From Octopus sinensis (Eukaryota), in the NCBI RefSeq assembly GCF_006345805.1, contig NC_043001.1, forward strand, positions 135,842,001-135,906,000: DNA of 64,000 nucleotides, in the 5' to 3' direction. The notes below the pieces were generated by a model that saw only the letters and a program-made list of their open reading frames with translations, did no database searches and was not told where the DNA came from. Of the stretch, positions 24,791 to 37,700 are shown one piece after another. The position numbers were made by a program, and so were the translations under genes. Within the stretch, counting starts at the first letter, position 1, and each line of letters opens with the position of its first letter.

Positions 24791-24792
<2 letters not shown>
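23915..24792 (+). mobile_element. Internally deleted mariner element with very long (about 240 bp) inverted repeats
   Basis: HTH remnant KLQKVYG..CMS.TQVY.WF.HF..G...V.SDERSGR ... ITEDLGMRCVSAKFVPKLLS. 23915-24150 is the imperfect reverse complement of about 24535-24792. Confidence 0.8.
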
Positions 24793-24832
<40 letters not shown>

Positions 24833-24921
24833 AAAATTCATATGTATATATATATATGTGTGTAAATCAAAATGTCCAAATAATTATATATGTATGTGAG
24901 TGTATGTGTAAGTATGTTTGT

Positions 24922-24963
<42 letters not shown>

Positions 24964-25180
24964 CACACACACAGAAACACACACATCTTGTTTTACATTC
25001 ATTTTTGAATATACAATCATGCATACACACACACACACCTTTTTATTGCTAATTAGAAAGGTCTTTTTTTCTCTATTATATTTTGCTATGTCAGGTGGAT
25101 ATAAATATAGGTATATAACTATATATGTATGCATATCCATAGGTGTTTTCACTCACACTCATTTATATTTATATATATAC

Positions 25181-25238
<58 letters not shown>

Positions 25239-26059
25239 ATACATGTGTGTGTGAACATGTGCATACTAAGATATAAGTATGTTCACATATATACATACAT
25301 GTGTGTGCAGGTGGCACGTAAAAAGCACCCACTACACTCACGGAGTGGTTGGCGTTAGGAAGGGCATCCAGCTGTAGAAACATTGCCAAATTAGACTGGA
25401 GCCTGGTGCAGCCTTCTGGCTTCCCAGAACCCCGGTCGAACCGTCCAACCCATGCTAGCATGGAGAACGGACGTTAAACGACGATGATGATGTGTGTATA
25501 TATGTGAAATACCATCACCCTTAAAGAATACACATACATCGCACGTGCCCGAATGGCCATGCCATTTCTCTTGCATTTGGTAAGGAAATTAGAATTTGAC
25601 TCCCATTTGCCTCCATTACCCACACCTGACATATAAACAAAATAGAAAAAAAAATCTCTTTCTAATTAGAAATAAAAAGGTGTATGTGTGTGTGTGTGAG
25701 TGCATGTGGTTGATTGTATATATAAAAATGAATATACAATGATGATGGTGAGTGTGAATGCATGCATGCACATGTATACATGCATACACACATGTATGCA
25801 CACACATATGCATGCACACACACATGCATGCACACAAACATGCATGTACACACACGGATGCACACACATAAATTCATTTATGCATACATACACATATATA
25901 TATAAACTCACACACACATATGTATAAATGCAATATATGTATCAATACATATATATAATATATACAAACACCTACATATATATACACTTACAATAATACA
26001 AATTTCATATATATTTATGTATGTATCTATATATGTATGGATGTGTGCGGATATGTACG

Positions 26060-26090
<31 letters not shown>

Positions 26091-26157
26091 GTGTGTGTGT
26101 GTGTGCATTTATGTGTGTGTGTAAATATATATTAAATGTATACATACATCCAAACAC

Positions 26158-26195
<38 letters not shown>

Positions 26196-27050
26196 ATTCA
26201 TTCATACAAGAGGAGATTAGTAAATCCTTTCTCGTCATGACCAGAATGAGTCATTTCAACATAGACCAGATATATGGCTTTTTTATTTATTTATTAATTT
26301 ATTTATTCATTTATTTATTTATTCCTTCTTTCTTTCTGAACAAAACAGTGGAATCAATAATCTATTGATTAGACGTAGTTCAATACTCTATGCAGAAATC
26401 AATGTAGATCTAATAACTGGCTAGTTTGGTACAAGAACTTTACCTAATCATTGGACTGATGTGAAAGAATGAAAGAAAGAAAGAAAGAAAGAATGAAAGA
26501 CAGAGCAGGAGAAAAGGACAAGAACAAACAACATCAGCAACAATACTGTATGTGTATGCACATGTGTGTATATATGCATACATATACACACATACAGATC
26601 CATATACACTTTATGTATAAGGTGCATGTGTATGAGTAGACAGATGTAGCTGAGTTCAACAAAAGGTGAGACCAAAAAAAGATGTTTTGTTTCATCTGAG
26701 AACACGTTCTAAGTGCCTTTACTATGGCTCTTTGAATAAGGTAACCCTGGAATGTATTCTGCAGACACACACAATGCATACACATCCATCTACACATATA
26801 AATACATTTTATACAATGTGTTGGTGTGTGTGTGTGTATATATATATATATTGCCATGTTGGGTCCCTTAACTCTACACAGTTTTTCTCTCACCATTTTT
26901 TCTTTCTATCTCCATTTTTTCCTCTTATTCCTTTCAACATAAAAGACTTTTCCATTTTTCCTAAGTATTAAACTAATACACCTGCTTGTTGTTCCTAAAC
27001 TTGTCCTCATCTTTTGTTTTTTTTTGTAAATTTGAACTATATATATGTAT

Positions 27051-27447
27051 TACTCTTTACTCTTTTATTTGTTTCAGTCATTTAACTGTGGCCATGCTGG
27101 AGCACCACCTTTAGTTGATCAAATCGACCCCAGGACTTATTCTTTGTAAGCCTAGTACTTATTCTATCGGTCTCTTTTGCCAAACTGCTAAGTTACAGGG
27201 ATGTAAACACACCAGCATCGGTTGTCAAGTGATGTTGGGGGGACAAACACAAACACACACATACTTATATATACACATAAATACGACAGGCTTCTTTCAG
27301 TTTCTGTCTACCAAATCCACTCACAAGGCTTTGGTCAGCCTGAAGCTATAGTAGAAGACACTTGCCCAAGGTGCCACGCAGTGGGACTGAACCCGGAACT
27401 ATGAGGTTCGTAAGTAAGCTACTAACCACACAGCCACTCCTACGCCT
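27051..27447 (-). mobile_element. SINE family A
   Basis: Full-length copy. Confidence 0.85.
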
Positions 27448-27734
27448 ATATATATATATATAAATAAAAGTGCAATTCTGACTGTCCGGGACCCCTGTAT
27501 CTCAGTCAACATTTGCTCTCTGTATATTTGAAAGTCTATGAGAATTACTTAATACAATTTTTGAAGAGTAAAGGTGATTTGTTTTAAAAAGAATTATTTT
27601 TTAAAAAATATGTTATGAAATCTTTTATGAGGATGTTACTAACCTTTTGGGAAGAAGTTTTTTTTCTAGAGTGTGAGTGCTTTCGTTTAACCTTTTTAAA
27701 CATGAGCTATACATATATAATTATATATTGAGAG

Positions 27735-28050
27735 AGAGACCCCCTTCAGTGATGACTGACCGTGGGATTGCACCTAGAAAGTTACCCTCCCAGACACAAG
27801 TCCAGGCAAGGTTGTTTATGGAAGACCAGCAGTTGCCCTTGCATACTGGCCTCCCCTCTCCACGCCACCAGTGTTATCCAAGGTAAAAGCAAAGGCTGAT
27901 ACAGCTTGGCACCCGTGACATCACAACTCATTTCTACAGCTGAGTGAACTGGAGCAACGTGAAATAAAGTGTCTTGCTCAAGAACACAACACGCAGCCCG
28001 GTCCGGGATTCGAGCTCACAACCTCTAACCACTGAGCCATGCGCCTTCAC
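27735..28050 (-). mobile_element. SINE family E (tail 4)
   Basis: Aligns by eye to 44030-44368. Confidence 0.8.
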
Positions 28051-28663
28051 AATTATATATGCAAGCAGATTATCATATAGATGTATATGTGTGTGAGTAG
28101 TCCCCACCATTACTTGACGATTGCTGATGGTTTGTTTACATCCACCATGACTAAGCGGTTCAGCAAAAAAGGCCAATAAAATAAATACTAAACTTAAAAA
28201 ATAAGTACTGGAGACAATTTGTTTAACTAAACCTTTCAAGGTAGTACCCCAGCATGGTCGCAGTCCAATGATTAAAATCGGTGAAGTAAGAAGAGAGAGT
28301 GATGGTAGTGGTGATGGTGGGGTGGGGGTGAGGACAGAGGAGAAAATAAAGAACGAGAGACGTAATTTGTGAATAAGATCAGTTTAACGAACATCACTGA
28401 CATTTCATCTGAGGCATTGTAAAAGGACAGAAACCATTTACGGAAGTTAATAGAATCTTAATGATTCCACAGAGCAAAGCGTGGGGTGGGGAGAAGGGAG
28501 GCAGAGCATCATTTACCTATATATGTCTGTACATGCGTGTATGTGCATATGTGTATGGATAAATTTGACACACACATACATACATACACGTAATATAGTA
28601 TAGTGTGTGTGTGTGTGTGTATGTATATGTATGTGTGAGTGAATGGGTGCGCATATATATATC

Positions 28664-30348
28664 TGTGTGTGTGAGTGCATATATGTGTGTGTGTGTGTGA
28701 GAGTGCATATATATAACTTGTGTGTGTGTGTGTGTGAGAGTGAATATATATAACTTGTGTGTGTGAGAGTGCATATATATAACTTGTGTGTGTGTGTGTG
28801 TGAGAGTGCATATATATAACTTGTGTGTGTGTGAGTGCATATATATAACTTGTGTGTGTGTGTGTGTGTGAGAGTGAATATATATAACTTGTGTGTGTGA
28901 GAGTGCATATATATAACTTGTGTGTGTGTGTGTGTGAGAGTGCATATATATAACTTGTGTGTGTGAGAGTGCATATATATAACTTGTGTGTGTGTGTGTG
29001 TGAGAGTGCATATATATAACTTGTGTGTGTGTGTGTGTGAGAGTGCATATATATAACTTGTGTGTGTGTGTGTGTGTGAGAGTGCATATATAAATTGTGT
29101 GTGTGTGTGAGAGTGCATATATATAACTTGTGTGTGTGTGTGTGTGAGAGTGCATATATATAACTTGTGTGTGTGTGTGTGTGAGAGTGAATATATATAA
29201 CTTGTGTGTGTGAGAGTGCATATATATAACTTGTGTGTGTGTGTGTGTGAGAGTGCATATATATAACTTGTGTGTGTGTGTGTGTGAGTGCATATATAAC
29301 TTGTGTGTGTGTGTGTGAGAGTGCATATATATAACTTGTGTGTGTGTGTGTGTGAGAGTGCATATATATAACTTGTGTGTGTGAGAGTGCATATATATAA
29401 CTTGTGTGTGTGTGTGTGTGAGAGTGCATATATATAACTTGTGTGTGTGTGTGTGAGTGCATATATATAACTTGTGTGTGTGTGTGTGAGAGTGCATATA
29501 TATAACTTGTGTGTGTGAGAGTGCATATATATAACTTGTGTGTGTGAGAGTGCATATATATAACTTGTGTGTGTGTGTGTGTGAGAGTGCATATATATAA
29601 CTTGTGTGTGTGTGTGTGTGAGAGTGCATATATATAACTTGTGTGTGTGTGTGTGTGAGAGTGCATATATATAACTTGTGTGTGTGTGTTGTGAGTGCAT
29701 ATATAACTTGTGTGTGTGTGTGTGTGAGAGTGCATATATATAACTTGTGTGTGTGTGTGAGAGTGCATATATATAACTTGTGTGTGTGAGAGTGCATATA
29801 TATAACTTGTGTGTGTGTGTGTGTGTGTGAGAGTGCATATATATAACTTGTGTGTGTGTGTGTGAGAGTGAATATATAAACTTGTGTGTGTGTGAGAGTG
29901 CATATATATAACTTGTGTGTGTGTGTGTGTGAGAGTGCATATATATAACTTGTGTGTGTGAGAGTGCATATATATAACTTGTGTGTGTGTGTGTGTGTGT
30001 GAGAGTGCATATATATAACTTGTGTGTGTGTGTGTGTGAGAGTGCATATATATAACTTGTGTGTGTGAGAGTGCATATATATAACTTGTGTGTGTGTGTG
30101 TGTGAGAGTGCATATATATAACTTGTGTGTGTGTGTGTGTGAGAGTGAATATATATAACTTGTGTGTGTGTGTGTGAGTGCATATATAACTTGTGTGTGT
30201 GTGTGTGAGAGTGCATATATATAACTTGTGTGTGTGTGTGTGAGTGCATATATAACTTGTGTGTGTGTGAGAGTGCATATATATAACTTGTGTGTGTGTG
30301 TGTGTGAGAGTGCATATATATAACTTGTGTGTGTGTGTGTGTGTGTGT
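28664..30348. repeat. Compound minisatellite, unit GAGAGTGCATATATATAACT(TG)n
   Basis: Roughly 50 tandem units of about 28-40 bp that differ mainly in (TG)n length. Confidence 0.95.
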
Positions 30349-31169
30349 ATTTTCAATGGGTGAGTAACATCACGAGATGGTACAATCAAATAAAAGTTCC
30401 TGTGAGTGACTTTGTTCTCTTGTTCTATCTTAAAGGGGTATTTTGCATCATACTATTACCCCGTATTATTTATAATTTCATTTGCATTTGTGCAACTATG
30501 TTAAAAAAATAAAGACAAATTTATTTGTTTATTAATATAAACAATCTGCAGTTTGTAACAAAATAATTTATTATGTATTTTAATAATTCACTTAGGCATA
30601 GTGAGACTAATAACCAGATGTAGAACTATGAACCAGAACACAATGTTATATAAGTAAGTTGGGATACTTATATATGTTATATAAGTATATGTTATATAAG
30701 TATATGTTATATAAGTAATAGAAAACAAAGAGATGACACTGGAAAAACCAAATGTTACCCAATGAACTTCATTAGCTTACAGTTGTTTCTGCTACGGTCG
30801 ACTTTGCTTTTCATCCTTTTGGGGGGGTGAATGAAATAAGTACCAGTTACATAATGGGGTCGATGTAATCAACTAACCCCCTCCCCTACAATTTCAGGCC
30901 TTGTGCTTATAGTTGAAAGGATTATCATTATTATTATTATTATCATTATTATTATTATTATTATTATTGTTATTAAGGTGGTGTGTTGACAGAGCTGTTA
31001 GGATGCCAGGCACAGTGCTTAGTGACATTTCATCCATCTGCACGCTCTGAATTCAAATTTTGCCAAGGTTGACTTTGCCAGTCATCATTTCAGGAACAAT
31101 ACGCTAAGTACCAGCTGAGCACTAGTGTTGCTGTAACTGACTTATCTCCTCCCCAAAAATTTGAAAACC

Positions 31170-31515
31170 ATTACTGTCAGCGTCGCCTCACTGGCACTTG
31201 TGCCGGTGGCACGGGAACAAAACATTCGAGCGAGGTCGTTGCCAGTGCTGTTGGACTGACTCCTGTGCAGGGGGCATGTAAAAAACACCATTTTCGAGCG
31301 TGGCCATTGCCAGTACCGCCTGACTGGCCCTCCTGCCGGTGGCACTTTAAAAGCACCCACTACAGTCTCTACACTCTCGGAGTGGTTGGCGTTAGGAAGG
31401 GCATCCAGCTGTAGAAACTCTGCCAGATCAGACTGGAGTCTAGCGCAGCCATCTGGTTCGCCAGTCCTCAGTCAAATCGTCCAACCCATGCTAGCATGGA
31501 AAGTGGCCATTAAAC

Positions 31516-31553
<38 letters not shown>
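31170..31553 (+). mobile_element. SINE family C
   Basis: Same body and (GAT)n tail. Confidence 0.8.
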
Positions 31554-31554
<1 letters not shown>

Positions 31555-31694
31555 AATTATTTCCCTATTTTCACACCATACTGTTGATTTTATTTTGAAA
31601 ATGGATATACAATATACAAAAACGAATTTACCATTCATAAGTTTAGAGTTGAGATTCTGAATCTATGAACGGAGAAAATAGTAAAAGAATTTAC

Positions 31695-31787
31695 CTGTTT
31701 CTTGCTTCTTCTCTTCGTAATTCTTAAGGAAATCTCGAATGGAACCATTCCTCCAGCAGCCAGTAATTGGTATGGTTTTCGGACCAC
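31695..31787 (-). CDS. SelJ/crystallin-J1-like coding exon 4
   Basis: Acceptor tgtgtttaatcAG, 93 nt, encodes GGPKTIPITGCWRNGSIRDFLKNYEEKKQET, donor GTAAAT. Confidence 0.88.
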
Positions 31788-34700
31788 CTGATTAAACACA
31801 ACAACAGCATTAATTATTTTGGATCTGGCCTAGTCTGGTGGTGATCTGCTCTTGGGCAGGTCCTTGCATGTAGACCTTTACCTATTTCTTTATTACCCAC
31901 AAGAGGCTAAACACAGAGGGGACAAACAAGGACAGACATAGGTATTAAGTCGATTACATCGACCCCAGTGCGTAACTGGTACTTAATTTATCGACCCCGA
32001 AAGGATGAAAGGCAAAGTCGACCTCGGCAGAATTTGAACTCACAACGTAATGCAGACGAAATACCGCTAAGCATTTCGCCCGACGTGCTAACGTTTCTGC
32101 CAGCTCGCCGCATATAAACCTTTACCAGCACTTTCTATACAGCCTGACAGGTTCTGTAACCCTCCTCTGCCACATTAACACTTCAGCATTTAAACTAGCC
32201 ATATCCAGCCCAAATATTCTACCTGTTTTATGTTCAAACCAGCCATATCTGGCCTCTCATACCTACCTAACAATGTCATTCTAAAAATATACAACCACAT
32301 CATCAAAAATTTAAAGGTATGAGATAAGGCATGATTAATTTCTAAACAATAGTAGGTGTAGGAGTGGCTGTGTGGTAAGTAGCTTGCTTACCAACTACAT
32401 GGTTCTGGGTTCAGTCCCACTGTGTGGCACCTTGGACAAGTGTCTTCTACTATGACCTCGGGCCGACCAAAGCCTTGTGAGTGGATTTGGTAGACGGAAA
32501 CTGAAAGAAGCCCGTCGTATATATGTATATATATATATATGCGTGTGTGTGTGTGTATGTTTATGGGTTTGTGTTTGTCCCCCCCAACATCGCTTGACAA
32601 CCGATGCTGGTGTGTTTAAGTCCCCGTAGCTTAGCGGTTCGGCAAAAAAGACCAATACAATAAGTACTAGGCTTACAAAGAATAAGTCCTGGGTCGATTT
32701 GCTCGACTAAAGGCGGTGCTCCAGCATGGCCACAGTCAAATGATTGAAACAAGTAAAAGAGTAAAAGAGTAGAATATAAATGAATAAGCTTTACATTTGA
32801 CAGAAAATCCTGGAGTGGTTTCCTATTGCCTTCTCTAGGCAGGTTGGATTCGAACTCAGAATGTGAACAGTTAGAAGATATACTGCAAAGCATTTCTGCC
32901 ACTATCACATGCATAGAGCAAATGTGAAATGAAGTGTTTTGCTCAAGAACACAACATGCTCTTTGGTCTGGGAATTGAACCTATCATCCAGTGATTGTCA
33001 GTGCAACACCCTAACCACTAGGCCACACCTAGAGGTTAGGGTATTGCACTCACAATCGTTTTCAAAAGACAGAATTAACTGGGTGCAGGTATGGTAGATT
33101 GGTAACCACATAGTTCCAGGATTCTGTCCCACAATGTGGCACATTAGGTAAGCACCTACTACTGTAGACATAAGCTGACCAAAAGCTTTGTTGGTAGATT
33201 TGGTAGTCAGAAACCGAAAGGAATTTGTCTGTGTGTGTCACTGTCTTGACATTTTGCGATGATTGTTCTAAACAAATGTCATCATCTTCTAAGTGTTGTT
33301 CATTTCCAGTCTTCCATGAGAAATATGTCTGGCTATGGGGGAAATATTATCCTGCTTGGAAACAGAAGAGGATTGGCAACAGGAAAAGGCATCTAGCTGG
33401 AGGAAACCTGCCTCAACAAATTCTGTCACTGGATTCATTATCACTATCTTTCATTTTTGGCTTGTACTGGTCATTTCTCTTTTCTGCTTCCACTCTCCGA
33501 CAAACTGTGAGTGGCCATGCAGATCCTCTACAACATGCTCTCATCTCCCCCTCCTTTTCCTACCCTCATCCCCTAGCATAAAGCTGACCCCACCTTCCCT
33601 GGGGTTCATAGTCCTGCAAGCTTCATGGTGACCTCAATAATGCTTGTTGCATGAAACAAAATACAATAAACAACAACCAGTACACACTGTAATGTGGTTG
33701 GCATTAGAAAGGGCATCCATCCATAGAAACCATGTTGAAGTGGACATTGGAGCACGATGCAATCCTTGGATCCAACAGATCCTGTCAAACTGTCCAATTC
33801 AGGCCAGCATGGAGCATGGATACTAAACAATGGTCATGAAGATAATAGCTGCCAAGAGAACAGAAACTTCAAACTTTAAAGAATATAATGTACTATTTGC
33901 TGGATAATTGAATACTATATCCTCTACTATAAGCCTTACTCTCACAAACAAACCGACAGTATACACGATTCTGAAAATTTAAACTGCCAGGATCACACAC
34001 ACACAAACACACATACAATCCTGGAAGTGGAAGGGAACTGTGTATAGATTATCTCTAATTTTGTAAACATAATGTTGAGTTGAGGAGGTATAGAACATCG
34101 ATACACAAAGGTAATATTTACCCCCACTTAAACGTAGATGTTCTATTAGAACAAACTATACTGTGGTGGTTACCATGAAAGAAACTCTCATATTAGCCAA
34201 GCTAACACAGGACAATATGAGAGTTTCTTTTATGGTAACTACACTGTATAGTTTGTTATAATAGAACATCTGGATCTTTTCGGTTTGAACGGCAGTTTTT
34301 AAAAATAATTTCCATGTAACTAAACACTTTTAAACTTCGTATACTGGTAGAATGTGTTTATAAAACATCTTTTTCTTTTGGCTTTATTAAGAAAATTCTA
34401 ACGTTTGTAAGATATTTGTTGTTTTTTTTCTTCAATTTCTGCAATTTCAACCAATCAATGGCGTCCATTGAGGTGAAAACATTCTGTGCCGTATGAATAT
34501 GTCCCTCATTTAAGAAACAGATTGGGTTTATTTACATTTCTGAAAAAAAAAAAGATACCCTTCCCCTAACCCTAACCCTAACCCTAAAACAGATTGAAAT
34601 GCAATAGATCGATACTAGGGTCATAATTATGGGTGATAATTTCATATGACACCGCTAGAAAAAACTGCCGTTCAAACCAAAAAGATCCGAACATCCACGT

Positions 34701-37700
34701 TTATGTGGGGATAAATATTAACGCTTGTTATATAATGATACAGAAGTGTTGATGGTTGAGTCAGTGGTGTACTTGTGAGTAAACAACCAGGTGAGAAATC
34801 AGTGGTTGGTGTGTGGTTCATGTTGTACTAATTGTCGTATATCTTAACTGTCACTAACTATGGAGATGTGGTGAACAGACAACTGGAGTATGGTCAGCTC
34901 CATGTCAAACCGTCTAACCCATACCGGCATGGAAAACAGACGTTAAACGATGACGATGGAGTTGTCATCAGTGAATCTAAATGCAAGTTATTAGCAGCAC
35001 ATGATAAAGTAAAATGGTTAAGATTTTCAATTAAAAAACATTAAATAAAGTTTGATACTTTATAAGCATGAAAATAAAATAAGGATAAAATGCGTAAATT
35101 TTTTTTTCCGATCTAGGACGTGAGCTTATAAAATATCAAATCGCAATTTAATCTCATATTCCAGCTGGTAAAAATAACAAGAGTGGGTAGGAAATTAAAA
35201 TCCCCTAAGCGAAACAAATTTAATAATATAACTTAAATAATTAAGAAATACTAATAATTCTTTTCCTAAATATCGAAGAATTGACATTGAGTTGTCTCTC
35301 TTAGAGTGAAGGAGTTATCTTCCTTACATTTTCTCAGTTATGTCCCTTACATTTTTATTCTATTATAATGTGAAATAATTGTGAACAAGCAAAAAATTTA
35401 TAGATTCCCCAATCAATAATTCAACATCAGATCATAATAAAATCGAACTCGATGAAATAATATTTAATAGTTAACGATATCGTCTCTACACTACATAAAC
35501 ATTTCTAGATAATTGCATTATTACTTTCTGTTGTGAATGGGTTAACATTAACAACAATTAAGCCACTTAAAAGTATTGGGATACTCTTTTACTCTTTTAC
35601 TCTTTTACTTGTTTCAGTCATTTGACTGCGGCTATGCTGGAGCACCGCTTTTAGTCAAGCAAATCGACCCCAGGACTTATTCTTTGTAAGCCGAGTACTT
35701 ATTCTATCGGTCTCTTTTTGCCGAACCGCTAAGTGACGGGGACGTAAACACACCAGCATCGGTTGTCAAGCAATGCTAGGGGGACAAACACACACACACA
35801 AACACACATACACACATATATATATATATATACATATATACGACAGGCTTCTTTCAGTTTCCGTCTACCAAATCCACTCACAAGGCATTAGTCGGCCCGG
35901 GGCTATAGCAGAAGACACTTGCCCAAGGTGCCACGCGGTGGGACTGAACCCAGAACCATGTAGTTGGTTAGCAAGCTACTTACCACACAGCCACTCCTGC
36001 GCCTATATCTCACAAAGAAGTAATGAATGGCCAATGCGGAAGGGTCTTAAAATGAGTTGTGAGTTTTCCTATAAATAAAATATTTAATATTTTATTATAA
36101 ATATTATATTTAGTGTGTTTCTTAAATGGCTTATAAACACCTTCCATGCTGCAATTGTTTTCGTTCCAGCACACGATCTCAGATCAGGTCACTTGCTATG
36201 CAAGTACATCTCCGTATTATATTCTAAATACATTTAAAAGAAGAAAATCTTCGTTGGGATTCATATATGTGTAAGAAACGGCAGTATCACTGAGCAGAAA
36301 ACATAACTGTATGAAGTACCATGGTTCAATACAATTTCATTTAGTGAATTTCCTAAAAATTTAACGTAGATGGCATTAACGTAGATGCAAATTTAAAGAG
36401 AGCCAGATGTTAGCTATGTATCTCCTTTATTGCAAGACACCTATTTCTGTCCCTCTACTCATACTCTAACCTTTCATCTGGCAAATAGTCACCTTCCCCA
36501 GTACTACCCTCCACTCAGCTGAGGGAGTGTTGTTTTGAAAATTATTTGGTGATCTCAATGTTGCTGGTGCCATGTAAAAAGCACTCAGTAGTGGCTGATG
36601 TTAGGAGATTGAGCTGTAGAGACCATGCCAAAGCAGACAATGGTGTTCGGAGCAGTCTCCTGGTTTGTTAGCTCCTGTCAAACAATCCAACTCAGGCCAG
36701 TATGGAAAACGGATGTTAATTGATGAATAGAAATGAAATTAATGATGTTGGAAGGGATAGTGTAAGAAGATATGGATAATAAAAACCAAACCATTGCATA
36801 AAAATTAGCTTCTCTTTCATTAAAATAATTGGCTGTTTTTAATTAAATAATTTTCCTGGGTAAAAAATGGGTAGTGGTATTGGTAAAACACTATTTGGAG
36901 TGTGGAGGTGCTAAGCTACAAAGTGCTGAAAAACCCTGCCTTAACCCTTTAGTGTTTAAACTGGCCCTATCTGGCCAAAATATTCTACCTGTTTTATGTT
37001 CAAAGTAGTCAGATATGGTCATTCATAGCTACCTTATTGTGTTATTTTAAAAATAAACAATCACATCATTGAAATCTCAAAGCCATGAAATGAGGCAAGA
37101 TTAATTTTACATGGTGTGAATACATAAGCTTTACAATTTACAGAATAATCTGAATGCTAAAGGGTTAACATAACAAATGAGACTTGAGTATACTATGAGA
37201 GAATATACATGCATATATTATCTTCCATTCTCCCATCTTTTCCCTGTCTATTATATTATTACTAGTGCATGCATATACAGCTGTGTGCGTGCGCACATAC
37301 ACGCGAGTACTGTCCAAATCTCCGACCAATCACATACAGCTAGCTGGCATTCAACTGGCGTATCAAGTTTCGAGCATTTTGATTGGGTTTTGGATGGAAA
37401 ATTCACAAAAAGTCACTTCTATTGATATTTTATTAGCTTTGCAGAGTGACTGGGGAAATGTAAAGATGTGCACGACCAGCCTTGGACGGTTTTGAATGAC
37501 CATAGAAAGTGTGAGCCCTCTAACTGAAAAATTGTACATTTGTATAAAGGACACGCACACACACACACAGACAGACATTTTGCCGTTTATATATATAGGG
37601 ATTATTCTATTGCTCTTCACCCCTTCTATACTGTAAGTCAGTACAAACTCTTCTTGATCTCCCATCCAATACATCTGTAGCACTGATCATCCTCCATCAT

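Noticed and set aside
28664-30348. CRISPR-like look (constant repeat plus variable spacer)
   Set aside because: The spacers are only (TG)n of varying length, there are no cas genes, and the context is eukaryotic.
28509-30389. Three 519-626 aa His/Thr-rich ORFs
   Set aside because: They are translations of the minisatellite. They are open only because the unit lacks minus-strand stops, and they have no splice or domain context.
1-31694. In-frame Sec UGA and SECIS element for the SelJ-like gene
   Set aside because: The relevant 3' exons were not found, so selenoprotein status cannot be claimed from this window.
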